A DNA stretch of 64,000 nt from Amoebidium appalachense (Eukaryota > Protista > Ichthyosporea), in NCBI GenBank assembly GCA_963693365.1, contig CAVNZM010000002.1, positions 5,472,259 to 5,536,258 on the forward strand, read 5' to 3'. Within the stretch, counting starts at the first letter, position 1, and every line of letters starts with the position of its first letter. The translations under genes were made by a program, and so were the position numbers. This document shows positions 1-39,379 of the stretch, one piece after another. The notes under the pieces are model-generated. The model did no database searches, was not told the DNA's origin, and saw only the letters and a program-made list of their open reading frames with translations.

Positions 1-1073
1 CTTTCCTCCTCCTTCAATGCCCGCTGTAATTTCAACACTTTGACGGTGTGCAGCGGCGTTCGCACCATAAGAAAAAAAGAAGAAGAAAGTCGCAAGTGTG
101 AATAGACACAAGGGACACATTCTCACACGCTCTATCACACGGCCACAGGACATGGTGGTCTCCATGGTGGACACTCAGCGGCGATCATATGCCAATAAAT
201 TCAAGGTACATTCGTGAGGGTCACTTGAAGTTAATACAACCACACGTACCGTAGGCTGCAGGCACGAAGATTTTCAACTACAACAGGGTCCAGACGGTCA
301 GGATGTAACTGCGACGTTTCGTTCCTTTTTTTTGCGCTTCTGATCATGAATGAAACTCCAAACATTAATCAATTGCACGTATTCAAGTTGAGTGAAGGTT
401 TACGGTTCAAGCCTCATGCAGCCATCACGACACGGTAAAGTAACGCCATTAGGCAGATCATAAACAGTAAATATATACTGAGTTCGTGACGGTGGGCAGC
501 CAGGATGCTGGGTGACAAGAAAGTCAGCTGCCTAACAAGGAGGCTCCTCGAGCCATGAAACGAAAACGTGCAACACACCGGGCCGACAACATGTGTTGGT
601 TTCAGGAGTCACAGTGACAATTGTGAGTGTGATGACCATTGGCAACAGACTACCAGTGGCCGTGAAACTACAATAGTAATTAGGCCTCCAGAGAATGCCG
701 TGTGTTTAGCCTCACACAACCGACCTGTCAACTATTATATACATAGCAGGCTGTTGCCGAACGGTCTGTTAGGAATGTCCACACCACCGTTGGCGAACAC
801 ACACACATATACAACGTCACACACACACGTGCACACCGTCACACACGTACACACATGTTACATAATCTGTCTTGAGTTGATAGTTTTCTTTCTTCGAAGC
901 CATTCGTATCATTGCAGTGCCAACAATCATGAGTGATCAGTAATGTACGTACATGAGCTCTGGCTAGTCCTGTGCATGTACAGTACGCGGAAAGGGAATG
1001 CAAGCAAGGCCCGCATCAGTGCATCATTCACAAAACAAGGGCCGCCATATTGCAAGATCCCCCCTACCCCCCC

Positions 1074-1105
<32 letters not shown>

Positions 1106-1225
1106 AAACAAACAAAAAAAAAAAACAACCAACAACAAAATTTATTTATCAGAGAACAATTAGGTAGGAATTTGGAACTCCTCTCAACAGAAGAGCCACC
1201 GCCAGAGCAACCACCCCGTCTCCCC

Positions 1226-1306
<81 letters not shown>

Positions 1307-1507
1307 TGCTCCCTAACCTCTGACCGAGCGCCGGTTAAAAAACCAAATCATACAGAAGAACAACGGAAAATCACACTAGCTAGCTATCATCATTATGACA
1401 TCATTCGCACGAAAATTTTCAGCATTATCAGAGTGGGTTTTCCGCGCCGCTACCTGAGTCATACGAGTCAACCATTATCAAAATGTTGATACTTGATGCA
1501 CCTCAGT

Positions 1508-18617
<17,110 letters not shown>

Positions 18618-19310
18618 GTTGAAGATGTAGGGGGAGGTGAGACGGTGAAAGTAAAAGGGAAATTGGAGTACTTTAAGGGGATATTTTGAAAGGATCCAGA
18701 AGTGGAAACAAGCTCATGGTATCTATCCGGTACCGGTTTGTGGGTATAGCGCCTTAATAGATGCCACCTTCACGTACCAGAGGAAAAGCTGGACAATTAT
18801 AGGAACGAGCCTTGTTTAGAGTCAGTGGCGGTGTGTGTATTCAATTGCTTGCGGGGGCGGAGGGGAGAAGGGCAGTCGGTGTGTGTGGGGGGGGGAGGGG
18901 GGGGGGGGGGGGGGGAGGGGGGGAGGGGGAGGAGGCCTGATGGGAGTGTACGTGCGCTAAAAAATCCAGGTTACCAAAACAGATGTATACTTTTCCGAAT
19001 ATTCACGTTTTTTTAGTTTTTATGGTCACTAAATACCAACAAATTCCTATCGCCTTACCTATCTTCTATTGTCTATTGCCTTTCCTAACTTACGAGCACT
19101 GCCAGTCATGTCAGTCACAGACGAAACTTTCAAATTTTGAAACGCTGGGGTTAATTTGGCGCCAAAATTTCAAAACAGCCAATGACAAATGAGCCCAGAG
19201 CAGCAGAGCATGGACCGTCCGTGGCACTGTGCGGCCGCATGCCATTGAAGCGCTGGCCTGAGGCTGGATTCCAGCCTCAGGCACGGCCCTCTTTTTTTCA
19301 GAGGGCCGTG

Positions 19311-19810
19311 CCACGCGTGTACCGTATGATCGTACAGCTGCAGTGCTAAACTGTGGCAGCAAGAATGCGAAAGGAATATATAAATTTCAACCTAAAAAAC
19401 AAACAAAATAATTTTGAATCTGGCTTACTTTCCTGCATATTCACGACAAAAGGCCAGCTAGTTGAGGCCACTGGCACTGCTGTGGCATATCCGGATGGGG
19501 AATCTAATATTAGTATAATGGGATTGGGGATTCCAGCACGGCAGCTGAAAAAAAGCAGTGGCCTCAAATAGCTGGCCGTTTGTCGTGAATATGCAGAAGA
19601 TAAGCCAGATTCAAAATTTATTTTGTTTGTTTTTTAGGTTGAAATTTATATATCCTTTTCGCATTCTTGCTGATATGGTACCCGGGCCGTTTAGTTTACT
19701 TTAGTTTAGCAGGGGGGTGCGGCATGCCAGGAGCTACTACAAAAAATAGTAGAGAGAAGGGGGGTATAAGTTTAGCACGGCAGCTGTACGATCATACGGT
19801 ACACGCGTGG
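19311..19810. repeat. Large nested inverted repeat / foldback element between divergent genes
   Basis: Outer arms 19311-19352 and 19769-19810. Inner arms 19357-19473 and 19556-19672. Further perfect hairpins immediately 5' at 19256-19312. Confidence 0.8.
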
Positions 19811-21480
19811 GCGGGGGCCGGGGGTAGGCCCGGGCAACACCCACTTCGCCATCGCGATGGGATCTAGGGAGACCTTTGGCAACCACGTGACCACATCACC
19901 TCTCGGGCGGCCGCTGCGGCCGGGCCTCGCATTGGTGATAATCGAAGCACACAGTTGCTTCTGCTTCCTTCACCTTAGACATTAACAGGAAAATAATATA
20001 AGAGGAAAGAAAGTATAACTATTAGGGAAAATACGATTACGCTTTGTTCAAACTGCTCCAGGGATACATCTATCTGCTCTGGTCACCCCAACGCGAAAAT
20101 TCACGGTCACTTGAAACACATTCAGGCTAAATACGCATGTATCCCGGGGTTAGTAAAAGAGAAAAAAAGGCATTTTTTTGAATCAAAAGTAAAATATGAT
20201 TTACTGAACCACAAAAAAATTATAACTATATATACGGTATCTCGAGTTGTCAACTTGTCAATGCGAACAGTGATAATTTATCTTTCCGTTGAATAAATTC
20301 AGTGAATTTCAGTCAAAAGAAAAAAATAATTTATTTCATTTCACAAGGACCATAATCTCCAGATCTGGGGGGGTGTAGGAGGCCCGGGCTGTAGTATGTA
20401 AAAGCAAGCACCCCGTTGATTGGGCCACTCACTGATAAGATCCATCTACCGTACGTCAGCAAGATGCTCCACACAAGCGAAGGCAGACTAGTGGGAGCGG
20501 TAAGTTGTTATTTAAAACAAATATTATATATAGTTGAACCTTTGCTGAATAGATTTGTGTGTGAAGATTTTTTTACCAGAGATGGTGTAAAGAAAATCGG
20601 GGGAAACTTCGTTTGGTACGCCTGGCTGCACAGGACCATAACCCCGTTTTTACGGTAAAAAATACCAAGCCGAAGGGTCACCAATCGCGAGGGCCAATCA
20701 TTCTAGCTTGACTTTGGGTGGAATGATATGAATCATATGATAGGCCTACTCTTGAAGGCTTAGGGTGGAGCCCAAACAAATAAATGAGCGATTCTGTAAT
20801 TTTTCGTTTCGCAAAGACCCCATTATCAACAAGCGCGTGATCAGGTGATGCGGACCGCGGAGCATAAGGCAAGGACCATTGTTTCATTATGTAGCTATAC
20901 ATAGATTTGTATCAAGTTGTTTATTCCTTCGATTGTATAGCTATGACTGCTTTTTCATTTACCGCTAAACAGATTCCTCTTTAGACTTTCCAAATATCCA
21001 CATGGCCCGTGCGCGGTCGGATTTAGTATGTATTAGGTCACTTTGTCACCCCCTTTTTTCATTGCGCAACAGATGCCTAATGTCGGATTTTGTTTCACGT
21101 ATGCTCGATTTCCGGTGTTTCACATGTGCAATAGCTCTAGATGATTGGTGGATAGAGTTTCCATTTATCTTTGGATCCCGTATATAAGCCCGTCATCTAC
21201 CTCGTATGATCTAGCTTCACCCACTTTTGTTACCAAAACGTGCTCTGTTACCTTTGCTTCTACTGACTGATGTTGTTTTAGGCAAACAACTCCATATACG
21301 CTTTGGTTGTTTTAGTTTAGAGGATCACACGCGAAGTACAGCGTAGGAAACGTTAATGTTGTGCATATTGTCCAGTTCCGTTTTTTGCCTTCTTTTTCCA
21401 AGACATCGGCATCATTTTTCTGTTGCACTTATTGCCACGTTCGCCCTTGAAATTGTGTGGGTCAATTTCAGGCCGCACTA

Positions 21481-22647
21481 ATGGTGTCCCCAAGGTTTGT
21501 TGACGTAAGCCTCACAACAGAGGTCTTACATCTACACACAAAACCCAACAATCAAACACATGCATGCCTACCATTTACAACGTCATCAGCAGGCAAACTT
21601 TCGACATGTACGCGTGCCGTGACTTCCTCAAACGAGATCTTCCTTGACTTAGACTTGCCATCACTCAAACATGTAGCAACTGATGAATTGGAACCAGAGT
21701 TCGAGGTGGTCGACTTGGACGCACCGACGTGTTTTCTGTGTGCAAAGTCTGAAACGGGTGAGCGAATGATTAGACCGTGTAAATGCAAAGCATGTGTGCG
21801 GCTAATTCACGACTCCTGCCTCACACACTTCCAGATTATGACGGGGAAAAGCTGCCCCATGTCGTGCAATTGCAACACGAGCGACGTCTCCTTACGTAAG
21901 GCAAACTCAGACGGCGCACAGAACATTCTAGAGGATGAAGACGAGGATCTATTTATCGTGCTTCCACCTGTCGCACGCGTGGCGGAACCTGCCCCGATCG
22001 CCAAAGGAAACGAACATGGGGTGCAGGAGGTGAAAAATGGGCCCAATCGTATGGGAGGTAATAAACGCCACAGCAAAAGCCGGTCACTTTCTGCAGTTGC
22101 TGATTTCATGCACGCAGGGGAAGCAATCTCTCCACATCACCCACGCAGGCCGACGCAGGATATTGTGCAACATGCGGATGTGTGTGCACCCCACGCACTA
22201 ACGTTGGATTGCGTGTCCAGCCACCCAATTCTCACACCTCCTGGAACGGAAAAGGATTTGGCTAACGGTGTTTCTGGTGATCTAAATGCATTCACGGATA
22301 GAAAGCACAAGCACAACACGGCATACCTTATTCCTCCTAGCATGTCTATCTATGATGTGGACTGTGTTCTTACACCACCCGATACACCTCCCATGACGCG
22401 CGAGGATGCACCACCAGCGGTTATTATGTCTTTTGGACCACCCGAAAAATCGGAAATTGTCTTGTCGTTGATGCAGCTCACGGTGGCCGAGTTGCAATGC
22501 ATGGTTAGAGGGTTAAACACAGTTTATGAGGATTGTGTTAACGATTTTGAAATGGCGGTGAAGGAGCAAAACGATTTGAATGTCAAGCAGGTTGCGCATG
22601 TGCGCATGGTGATGGCGATGGGGGGAACCATGCCGATCTTAGGATAG
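21481..22647 (+). CDS. Intronless RING-CH (C4HC3, RINGv) protein with C-terminal coiled coil; putative E3 ligase
   Basis: Uninterrupted, repeat-free ORF of ~388 codons from the ATG at 21481. Motif CFLC...MIRPCKCK....IHDSCL...CPMSC has RING-CH spacing. No obvious transmembrane helices. Confidence 0.8.
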   Translation: MVSPRFVDVSLTTEVLHLHTKPNNQTHACLPFTTSSAGKLSTCTRAVTSSNEIFLDLDLPSLKHVATDELEPEFEVVDLDAPTCFLCAKSETGERMIRPCKCKACVRLIHDSCLTHFQIMTGKSCPMSCNCNTSDVSLRKANSDGAQNILEDEDEDLFIVLPPVARVAEPAPIAKGNEHGVQEVKNGPNRMGGNKRHSKSRSLSAVADFMHAGEAISPHHPRRPTQDIVQHADVCAPHALTLDCVSSHPILTPPGTEKDLANGVSGDLNAFTDRKHKHNTAYLIPPSMSIYDVDCVLTPPDTPPMTREDAPPAVIMSFGPPEKSEIVLSLMQLTVAELQCMVRGLNTVYEDCVNDFEMAVKEQNDLNVKQVAHVRMVMAMGGTMPILG

Positions 22648-23203
22648 GGCACTGATGAGCCTGGAGTGCTTTCTGTGAATTGTCATAGGGGCATGGGTAG
22701 TGGTATTTCCAAATGTAAATTTAGGTAGGAATGGGTGTTATGATGTCCAGCCCAGGTACAGCTAATTAGTAGTAGGCCACGAGTAAGCGCACATTTGTTT
22801 TGTATAGTCTGAGTGGGGGGGTTCATAGTAAATATTCATACTATCGATTATATGCTGTTGTACAGATATGCTCGTGGTACTGCCACAGAAACATTAGAAA
22901 TAGACGCGAAAATATACTGAGGAGAGCAATCATGGAGCAACCCTGACACAAAAATGAACTAAGGGCTAGAAGAATGAGGTGGTTGCGGGTGTGTTCGTGT
23001 TTGTGTTGTCTGGCACACACCCTTCTGTGTGTGCGTGCGTGAGGATGTGTGGACGTTGGGGGGGAGGAAGATGGTTTTGGTGGTGGAGCAGGTGCGTGTG
23101 AGGTGTGTGGGGTGAGATGGTTTCTTATTGACGGCACTGTATGACATGTGCTGCATGAAGTGCAATGGATACTGGAGGGCCCGGATGCGGAGGGTGTAGG
23201 GTA

Positions 23204-23253
<50 letters not shown>

Positions 23254-23466
23254 GAGGGGGGGGGGGATCCGTGCAAATGGATAATGGCCAATCAATTGCC
23301 TTGTGAGACATTGAGACATGAGATATTGGATGCCACGGTGCCTAACCTGGTGGTTCATTCAGCGTTTTTGGATAGTTTTTGTATGTGTTTGCTCGTGTTT
23401 GTGTCTGCGTATGGCAATGTGTGTGTGGTAGTAGAAGGGCCGTGTATATATATAAAGCCTGTGTGT

Positions 23467-23498
<32 letters not shown>

Positions 23499-23505
23499 TG
23501 TATCT

Positions 23506-23547
<42 letters not shown>

Positions 23548-24525
23548 GTGCGTGTGTGTGTGTGTATGTGTGTATGTGTGTGTGCCTGCCAGTGTGTGCA
23601 ATACAAGTGTACAGGGGTGTGTGATACACTTCTGTGGCAGGTTACAACGGAAAAGACAAAAAACAAAAGCTGCCGACACTGACCGCCTGGACATTATAAA
23701 ATTCCAAAACTTTGATGCAATAATAAGCAAGGGACACATGTACCCAGTTGCATATCTACTTGTAATGATACATGCGAAAATCTGCTAAGTTGAGATTGGA
23801 AAGGGCTCCGGGGCCTGAAAACGACAACACACTGGTAGTGCCACACCATTTATTAGGCCTTGCATCACCTTCACCATTAGAACACACTTTACTTAAATAT
23901 GAGGTACTCTCATTCTTCACCCCTCTTCTGCAAAGGGGGAAAGATTGGCAAGCTAAGTTCTTTCCAATGACAACCTTCGTTGATCATGTGTTCAAAGGGA
24001 AACATCTGTATATCCATCAGCAATTACTTAAAGGAAACTGTGAAGCAACAGAGCAACGATCCTGCGCGAAGTATGCAAAAAAGTCTATGTCGGGGTCTCT
24101 CTCGGCAGGTTTCCTTACATGGCAACCACGCAATAAATACTAAGAATAATGCACCATGCATGGGCACAAGGCGATCACATACATTTACACTAACGCCATC
24201 GTGACATAGCTATAACCCAACAAAACCCAATTATAGACCAGAGGTTTTAGTTTAGGGCACGTTTTCATATTTGAATTTCGTAGACATCGTTCAATGCCAA
24301 TATCACTCATTCTTTCGTTTGCTATTTTAGGTTTGGATAAGCGGAACACCATTCGTATATATCGGCAATATCTCGAAATCAATGGGGAAAATCATTCATG
24401 CATGTAAATGTTAATGCACCCGTAGTGCCAAACCATCAATAGATAACGCGTCTCGTTGGAAAATACAACCGGAAATGTTTGCAAACATAGGCAACCTTTC
24501 GGAGGTAAGTTTAAATTTCGAAATT

Positions 24526-32863
<8,338 letters not shown>

Positions 32864-35665
32864 CTGCAGGTTTTTTTTTGTGTGTGTGACGTTTATTATT
32901 ATCATTTTGTGTGTGTGTGTGTGTGTGTGATGTTTTATTAATTGTCTTTGAATTGTACGTATTTCAAGTCGAGGTGCATGTGTGTGCTGCGCTGGTGGAT
33001 GGCAGCGGCAACCCCAGAGTGAAGAAGCATGCGGCAGGCAGGGGATCGGATGTAGAGGGGGGAGGGGGGGGGGGTGGGGTTTAAAAGAGCTGGAAGGCCA
33101 TAGCAGGAAAACAATAATTTGATAGTAAGCGCTTAGTCTTCGACAAAGTACAAATCAGAAGCAGAAAAACAACTCCCCCTTCCCCCCCCCTCCCCCCCCC
33201 CCCCCCCCTCCCCCCCCCCCCTCCCCCCCCCCCCCCCCCCCCCCCCCCCCACCCCCCCTCTCCCCCCCCTCCCGAGTCCACAATTTTTCTGCCGGCCATC
33301 CCTTTCCTTTCGTTAAAAACAAAAACAGAAGCCACAGGTACACACGTTCACGGACGCGCTGTGCCACACTATAGCACACACATGCGCGCGCGAAAACACA
33401 CACACACGTGCATGCACCCACGCACGAGCACGTACTCGCGCATGCACGAACACATACACATACACGTCCGGGCATGCACGCACGCACGTACACAAGCACA
33501 CATACAAAAAAACACACGCAACCGCACACGTACGCACACACGCACATACGCACACACGCACGACCACACACACGTACGCGCGTGCACACACACACAGGCA
33601 CACGTGCGCGTCCACACAGACACACACACACACGCCCGCATACACACACACATAACAAGCACGTACTAAGCCACTTGCTCGAGCGCGCGCACACACATGG
33701 TTTGGTAAAGTACGCAAACTGGTTATATCTCCGGCAGCTAGACCTCCAATGCGTTGGCATGATCTTCCAGGGAACATCTATTTCTCTCTAACTGCCAAGT
33801 ATTCCTACCCATAGTCTATTGAATAAACCGGGTTTCCTGAACTTGTATCGGATTTGTTTTCACCATGCATGCTGGAAAACTCAAATAAGTGAGTGAGTGA
33901 GTGTAAGCGTGGGTATCGTGAGTGTAAGCGTGGGTATCTAGAGCTGAGTGTGTTAGGTGTGGTGTGTTTGTGTGTTTGTTTGTATTGAGCTGTATTTTTT
34001 CGAGCACATGGTGCAATGTTTGAACTTGCGTGCTTGCCTGTGTGGGGGGGCAGGGAGTGAAGTGATTCCCCTTAACACGTCTGAGTGGTGCTCGGCGAAG
34101 ATTTGCAAAACACTTACCATTCTCGAATTCTCTGTCGATGCAGAGAGAGAAGTGGCCAATTGAACAGAGGGCTCCCAGTTTACAGTAAAAGCGCGTGTGC
34201 ATATGACTTATTTGTGGATTCGAGCTACCATCACAGTATGCTCTTGCCACGATTCCAAACTGTACGGAAAGCTTATGTCAGCCTCACTGATCCTCTTTTC
34301 CCAGGCCTCGGGAAAGCAGGGTCAACAAAGAAAGAAAAGTTAGCAATAGAAACACCGGCAACTGTTCGTTTCAAGATATCACATAAAACGCCTAATGTGG
34401 TTCGAAACTGGCAGTGAATGTTAGTGATGCATAGGTGTTCTGCTCGACCATACATGTGCTTTGCATCGTCTCAAAGTCACATAATTATAAATGAGCTATG
34501 CATGGGGCTAGATGGCGCGTGCTACTGAGCTAATTCACGCTGATGGAACCTCATGCATAGACGTTGCTATATAAGCTGTTGTTTTACGCTGTTCTAAATA
34601 TGGGAAGATTTCTATGTTGAGAAATCCTGAGGTTTGTTGGGGAGCATGTTTGTGTGTACATACTTCTTGCATGTAGCACTTGTGTACCGCTCTAGCTCTA
34701 GGGTGAAGGGGGTGCCACCGTGCCTGGTGCGTGGACGAGGGCAAATCCACAGTTTGTTGGGGTGAACCGCTGGGCGCAAACGCAACCGCGGCAGAATACG
34801 GAAGGAGCTGTGATACATGTTCAAATAGAAATTTCGAGATATTTATATATTTATTGTTTATTTCATTGCAGGAAGCCAAATATCAAGGCTACATGTGGTC
34901 AGTGCTGCCTTATAAGCACGACTTCCTGTCACTCCGATGTAGATTATTAGGTCTTTTGCATCGTTTTTAAAGATCCAATTCTGGGTAGCTAACATTGCAT
35001 TAAGTTATCAGATTGCATGATATACCACAAATCATACAGAGCTATGAATCGTTGAATGGATGATTTCACGGGTACTGGTCGTTTCTGCTCATAATTTCTT
35101 TATGCCTACCTCGATAACAAGATATATTATAAATATTTAATTATTTAATTTTCGAAAAGACCAAGACATTTAGAAACTTTGCTACAAGAAATTGTGTATG
35201 TGTTGAACAGTGAGTGCGATGTAAAAGCCAATCAAATGACGCACCAGACCTTCCCGTTACGTCCGTTTTATAATCTTTCTCCGATTCGTTCGGAGCGCAT
35301 CCTCTGGGTACGCTCATGCCCACCTTGCTCGCTAGAAGTTGCTCATCGCCACGTGCACGTAAGCACGGTAAGCGCAGTGTCACACACCTGCATACGCTCA
35401 CGAACGTAGACACAACCAGACAGACCTGAGATTTACCGTAGGATACACACACACATTTTCACACGTACACGCACGCACGTGCACATGTGCGCACACTTGC
35501 ACACGTACGGGACGCACATGTACTCATTCACATGCATGCACATACACGCGCGCACGCACACACGCACGTACGCACGCACGCACGCACGCACACACGTGGC
35601 ATACGTCATGCATAGTATTACTAAAGAACTACTCAATCACACTCGCGTAGTGTACTTACATACAT

Positions 35666-35728
35666 GGGTGTCTCTGTGTTGTACGCTGTATACGTAATTA
35701 GTACAGCGTATACAACACAGAAACACCC
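35666..35728. other. Near-perfect ~25-bp stem hairpin (pre-miRNA size)
   Basis: gggtgtctctgtgttgtacgctgta pairs with tacagcgtatacaacacagaaacaccc around an ~11-nt loop. Confidence 0.5.
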
Positions 35729-36179
35729 TTATGGTGCGCACTTTTAAAAAAGCTTGCACTCATTATAGATAGATGCATAACAAGGCATATATGGCATACT
35801 CATCTGAACCCACACATGCACACGCACATGCACCCCGGTGCAGACATGTACACACATACGTCCAAACACGCAAGCAATATTAGTGCACATACACACGGAG
35901 AGAGACACACTATGCATGCACACACACACGTACACTTTTACACATGCACACACCCACGGACAAGCTTTCATTTTAATGCCCGTACACATAAATTACACAG
36001 TCACGCACATGTACACGGTGCAAACATGCATATACACACGGAAATAAAAAACCCTCAAACACAAAAACAAGGACACGTGCGCACGCATGCACATACGTTC
36101 ACACGTGCCCAGTGACCGTGAGTACGAGCACATGTATACGGTGTCACATATGCACACGCACATACCCACACACACACGG

Positions 36180-36225
<46 letters not shown>

Positions 36226-36409
36226 GCGTACAATTGCACAAACATACACAAAACACACGCAAGTGCGCGCGCACACACCCACACACCCACACACACTGTA
36301 CACACTGCACAAAATACCGTACATGCACACCGTCACCGTACACACACGCACGCACCGGTTATTAATTTAGAACCCACACGGCTTCAAGCATTCATGTGCA
36401 CTATTTTCA

Positions 36410-36534
<125 letters not shown>

Positions 36535-37482
36535 CGCACACACACGCATACATATTCATGATCATCAGGCAACCCGACCATTATCCAGAGTTTCCCCTAC
36601 GCAGCCTCCGCCCTCCCCCCCTCTCTCCCCCCTCCCCCCCCCCCCCCCCCCCCTTCCTCCTCTTTCCCCCTGAGGCCCTCCCTCCAATCTGTCCTTCCCC
36701 CCTCCCTTCAGCTGACGGTGCATCTTTACCTCCTAATAAATAGATGCATGTCCAAGCGATCTCCGCCTCCGCACTCGAGCTACACCGTATTGATTTCTCT
36801 CACGGTATCCGGCCCATTTGATCCATTCACGGTATCGGGACATGTCAGTCATCAGTCATGTTTTTAGCACTGCGAGTCTTTCCGTCAATCAAGGAGGGCA
36901 TAAGAAAACAACAAACAACAAAACAACAAATTGGCAAAATCAAGAATTCGGCAATCCCATTGTTTTCAGATAGAGTATTCAGGGAAGGTATGTAGAATTA
37001 TTATGCACATGCGGCATTATTCAGCCTTGAGTAGAATCATCGTGCACAGAGTAGGTGCATTCAGCAAAAAGCCCGAGACATTTAGCGTCATTTAGTGAGT
37101 GCATGATTGTGCGACTAAAGAAGAAATTTTCTGCAACAGGCAGGCTATACAGGTTGAATTCGGAAAAGGCAGGGCTGTTCGGCGAAAATCTGCATTATCC
37201 TGCTAGAAGCTTAAGCCTGAGAATTACAGTAGTCTGTGCTGCAAATCATATACTGCTGATGATGTGTATGGGTCTTCAAAGGACCCGGCAAACTACCAAG
37301 CTTGCTGGCGTTTGCATGCATATGTATATCCCTGGCGGCTAATGCACTGTGTACGTACGGTGTTTATATTAGTTTGATAACTTCACTGAGCCTAAAACGC
37401 TTGTAGTTGAAATCATTGAGGCATCAGTCAGTCTGGGAGGGCAGGGGAAGAAGGATCGACGTCTACGCGGAGGGGATGGCGT

Positions 37483-37515
<33 letters not shown>

Positions 37516-38008
37516 GCCAAGTGATGTTGGGGTGGGGTTGGGGTGGGGTGGGGGGTGGGGTGGGGGGGTGGGTGGGGGGGGGGGGGGGGGGAGAAGAGGA
37601 GATGTATGTGGCGTTGAATTATGCCCGAGTACTACAAGTGCGCAGATTGCCATCTGGCTCGGAATTCGAAGTCCCCCCGACCCTTCTCGGTCTTAGAGTT
37701 TCTTCTTCATCTGCTTCTCCGTCTTCTTTTTCTTGGGGGGGGTGGGGGGGAGGGAGAGGGTGGGTTGGAGGGAAATGGGGGCGAGGGGAGGGGAGAGTGC
37801 AGCTGCAGAAGAAAGCTCGAGAGGGCAAAAGGCGAGAAGCCGGGGGGGCACTACGGTTAACTTATGTCGGGGAAGGCTCAGGGAGGCTCCAGCTTATATA
37901 TGGGGTTGGCGCCGGGTGAGTGTGGTGTGTTGGTGGTCTCCCGGGCGGGGGGGGAGGGGGGGGTGGGGGGAGAGCACATGCCGGGATGGGAGGTGGCAGT
38001 GGTGGTGA

Positions 38009-38055
<47 letters not shown>

Positions 38056-38057
38056 AC

Positions 38058-38113
<56 letters not shown>

Positions 38114-38143
38114 ACGTGTGCGCATGTCTGGGTTGGACATCGT

Positions 38144-38182
<39 letters not shown>

Positions 38183-39338
38183 GAGAGAGAAGGGGAGGGG
38201 GGGGGGGGGGAGGTGGAGCGTGTACCATTGCACATATGGTGGCCGAAATCCTTGGATTTACGTCTGCACAAAAGATTGTCCACCAACAAGATACTGTAGA
38301 TCTAGATACCGTACCAAAACGGGTTTCAATTGCTGAACCCAATATGTATTGGCCGCACGAGCCCATATAAGGGGGAAACGGTATCAATATCATTCATCCC
38401 CCCCACCTCCCCCCTCCCCCCTCTCCCCCTCCCCCTCCAGTGACTGTTCCCCCCTCCCTCCCCCCCCCCCAGCCCCCCCCCCCCCCCCCCTCCAGTCCCC
38501 CCCTTCCTCCCCCTCTCCCCTCCCCCCCCCTCTCCCCCTGGGTGCCCCGGGTGCACGTGGAACCTTCGGTCGTGGGGTGGATGGGGAGTGAGGCAAAAGT
38601 TCACGCTTCCCACCGTACTCCATCAAACGGCATGCACGCACAATGTGGCCTCCCACCTCCCATCCCCCCCTCCTCCCCTCCCCTCCCCCCCCCCCCCCCC
38701 TCCCCCCCCCTGCGCGTGGCTCCCCCATTCCCCTCAACTCCCTCCCAGATCAATACCCAAACACGTACAGCAACCCTAAATATGATCCACATAACATGTA
38801 CCACACCCAGTTTGTCAGCTGCAGGCAACTTCAAACAGCAATTTCACATAATCTGAATACCTGCAGAGATTGATTGCACTGATATGCCCATAGGTCACCG
38901 AAAATTTTCGGGAGGGATAAGGATCAGGTTGCTACTCCTTGGGATTACCCACACCTGATTGGCTCAATGCTACCAGGGGCTTGCAAGCTAATCATACCAT
39001 ATTGCTGATTACCACGTCCCAGGCACGCTAATACTGGCTACAGCACAGACTCAGGAGTTTACACATCTCGTCCCTTTTTCATCTGAAAAATGAACGTTCA
39101 TGGCAGCAACTGCCAGTTTGGAGGTTGAGTGTGACGTGCACCATCGTAACACCTTCGAATTCACGTACGCGTGGGTTTACGCAGTAAGGGGATCGGGGGG
39201 AGGGGGGGAGGGGGGGGGGGGGGGAGGAGAGGGGGGGCCGGGGGGAAGCCTTAGGGGGTCACTGGATGGAGCTGGCTGTGTGAACTTCTGGGTGAAATAA
39301 TGAATGTAGATATCCACGGCTCTGGTCGCAATGTTCAG

Positions 39339-39379
<41 letters not shown>

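Noticed and set aside
1-600. Possible minus-strand exons of a gene leaving the window on the left
   Set aside because: Plausible splice signals (e.g. cag|RALKEEE at the edge) but no recognisable homology or reliable phase chain.
33697-33811. Candidate first exon of the LRR gene
   Set aside because: Several frames and donors are possible, and none is supported by homology.
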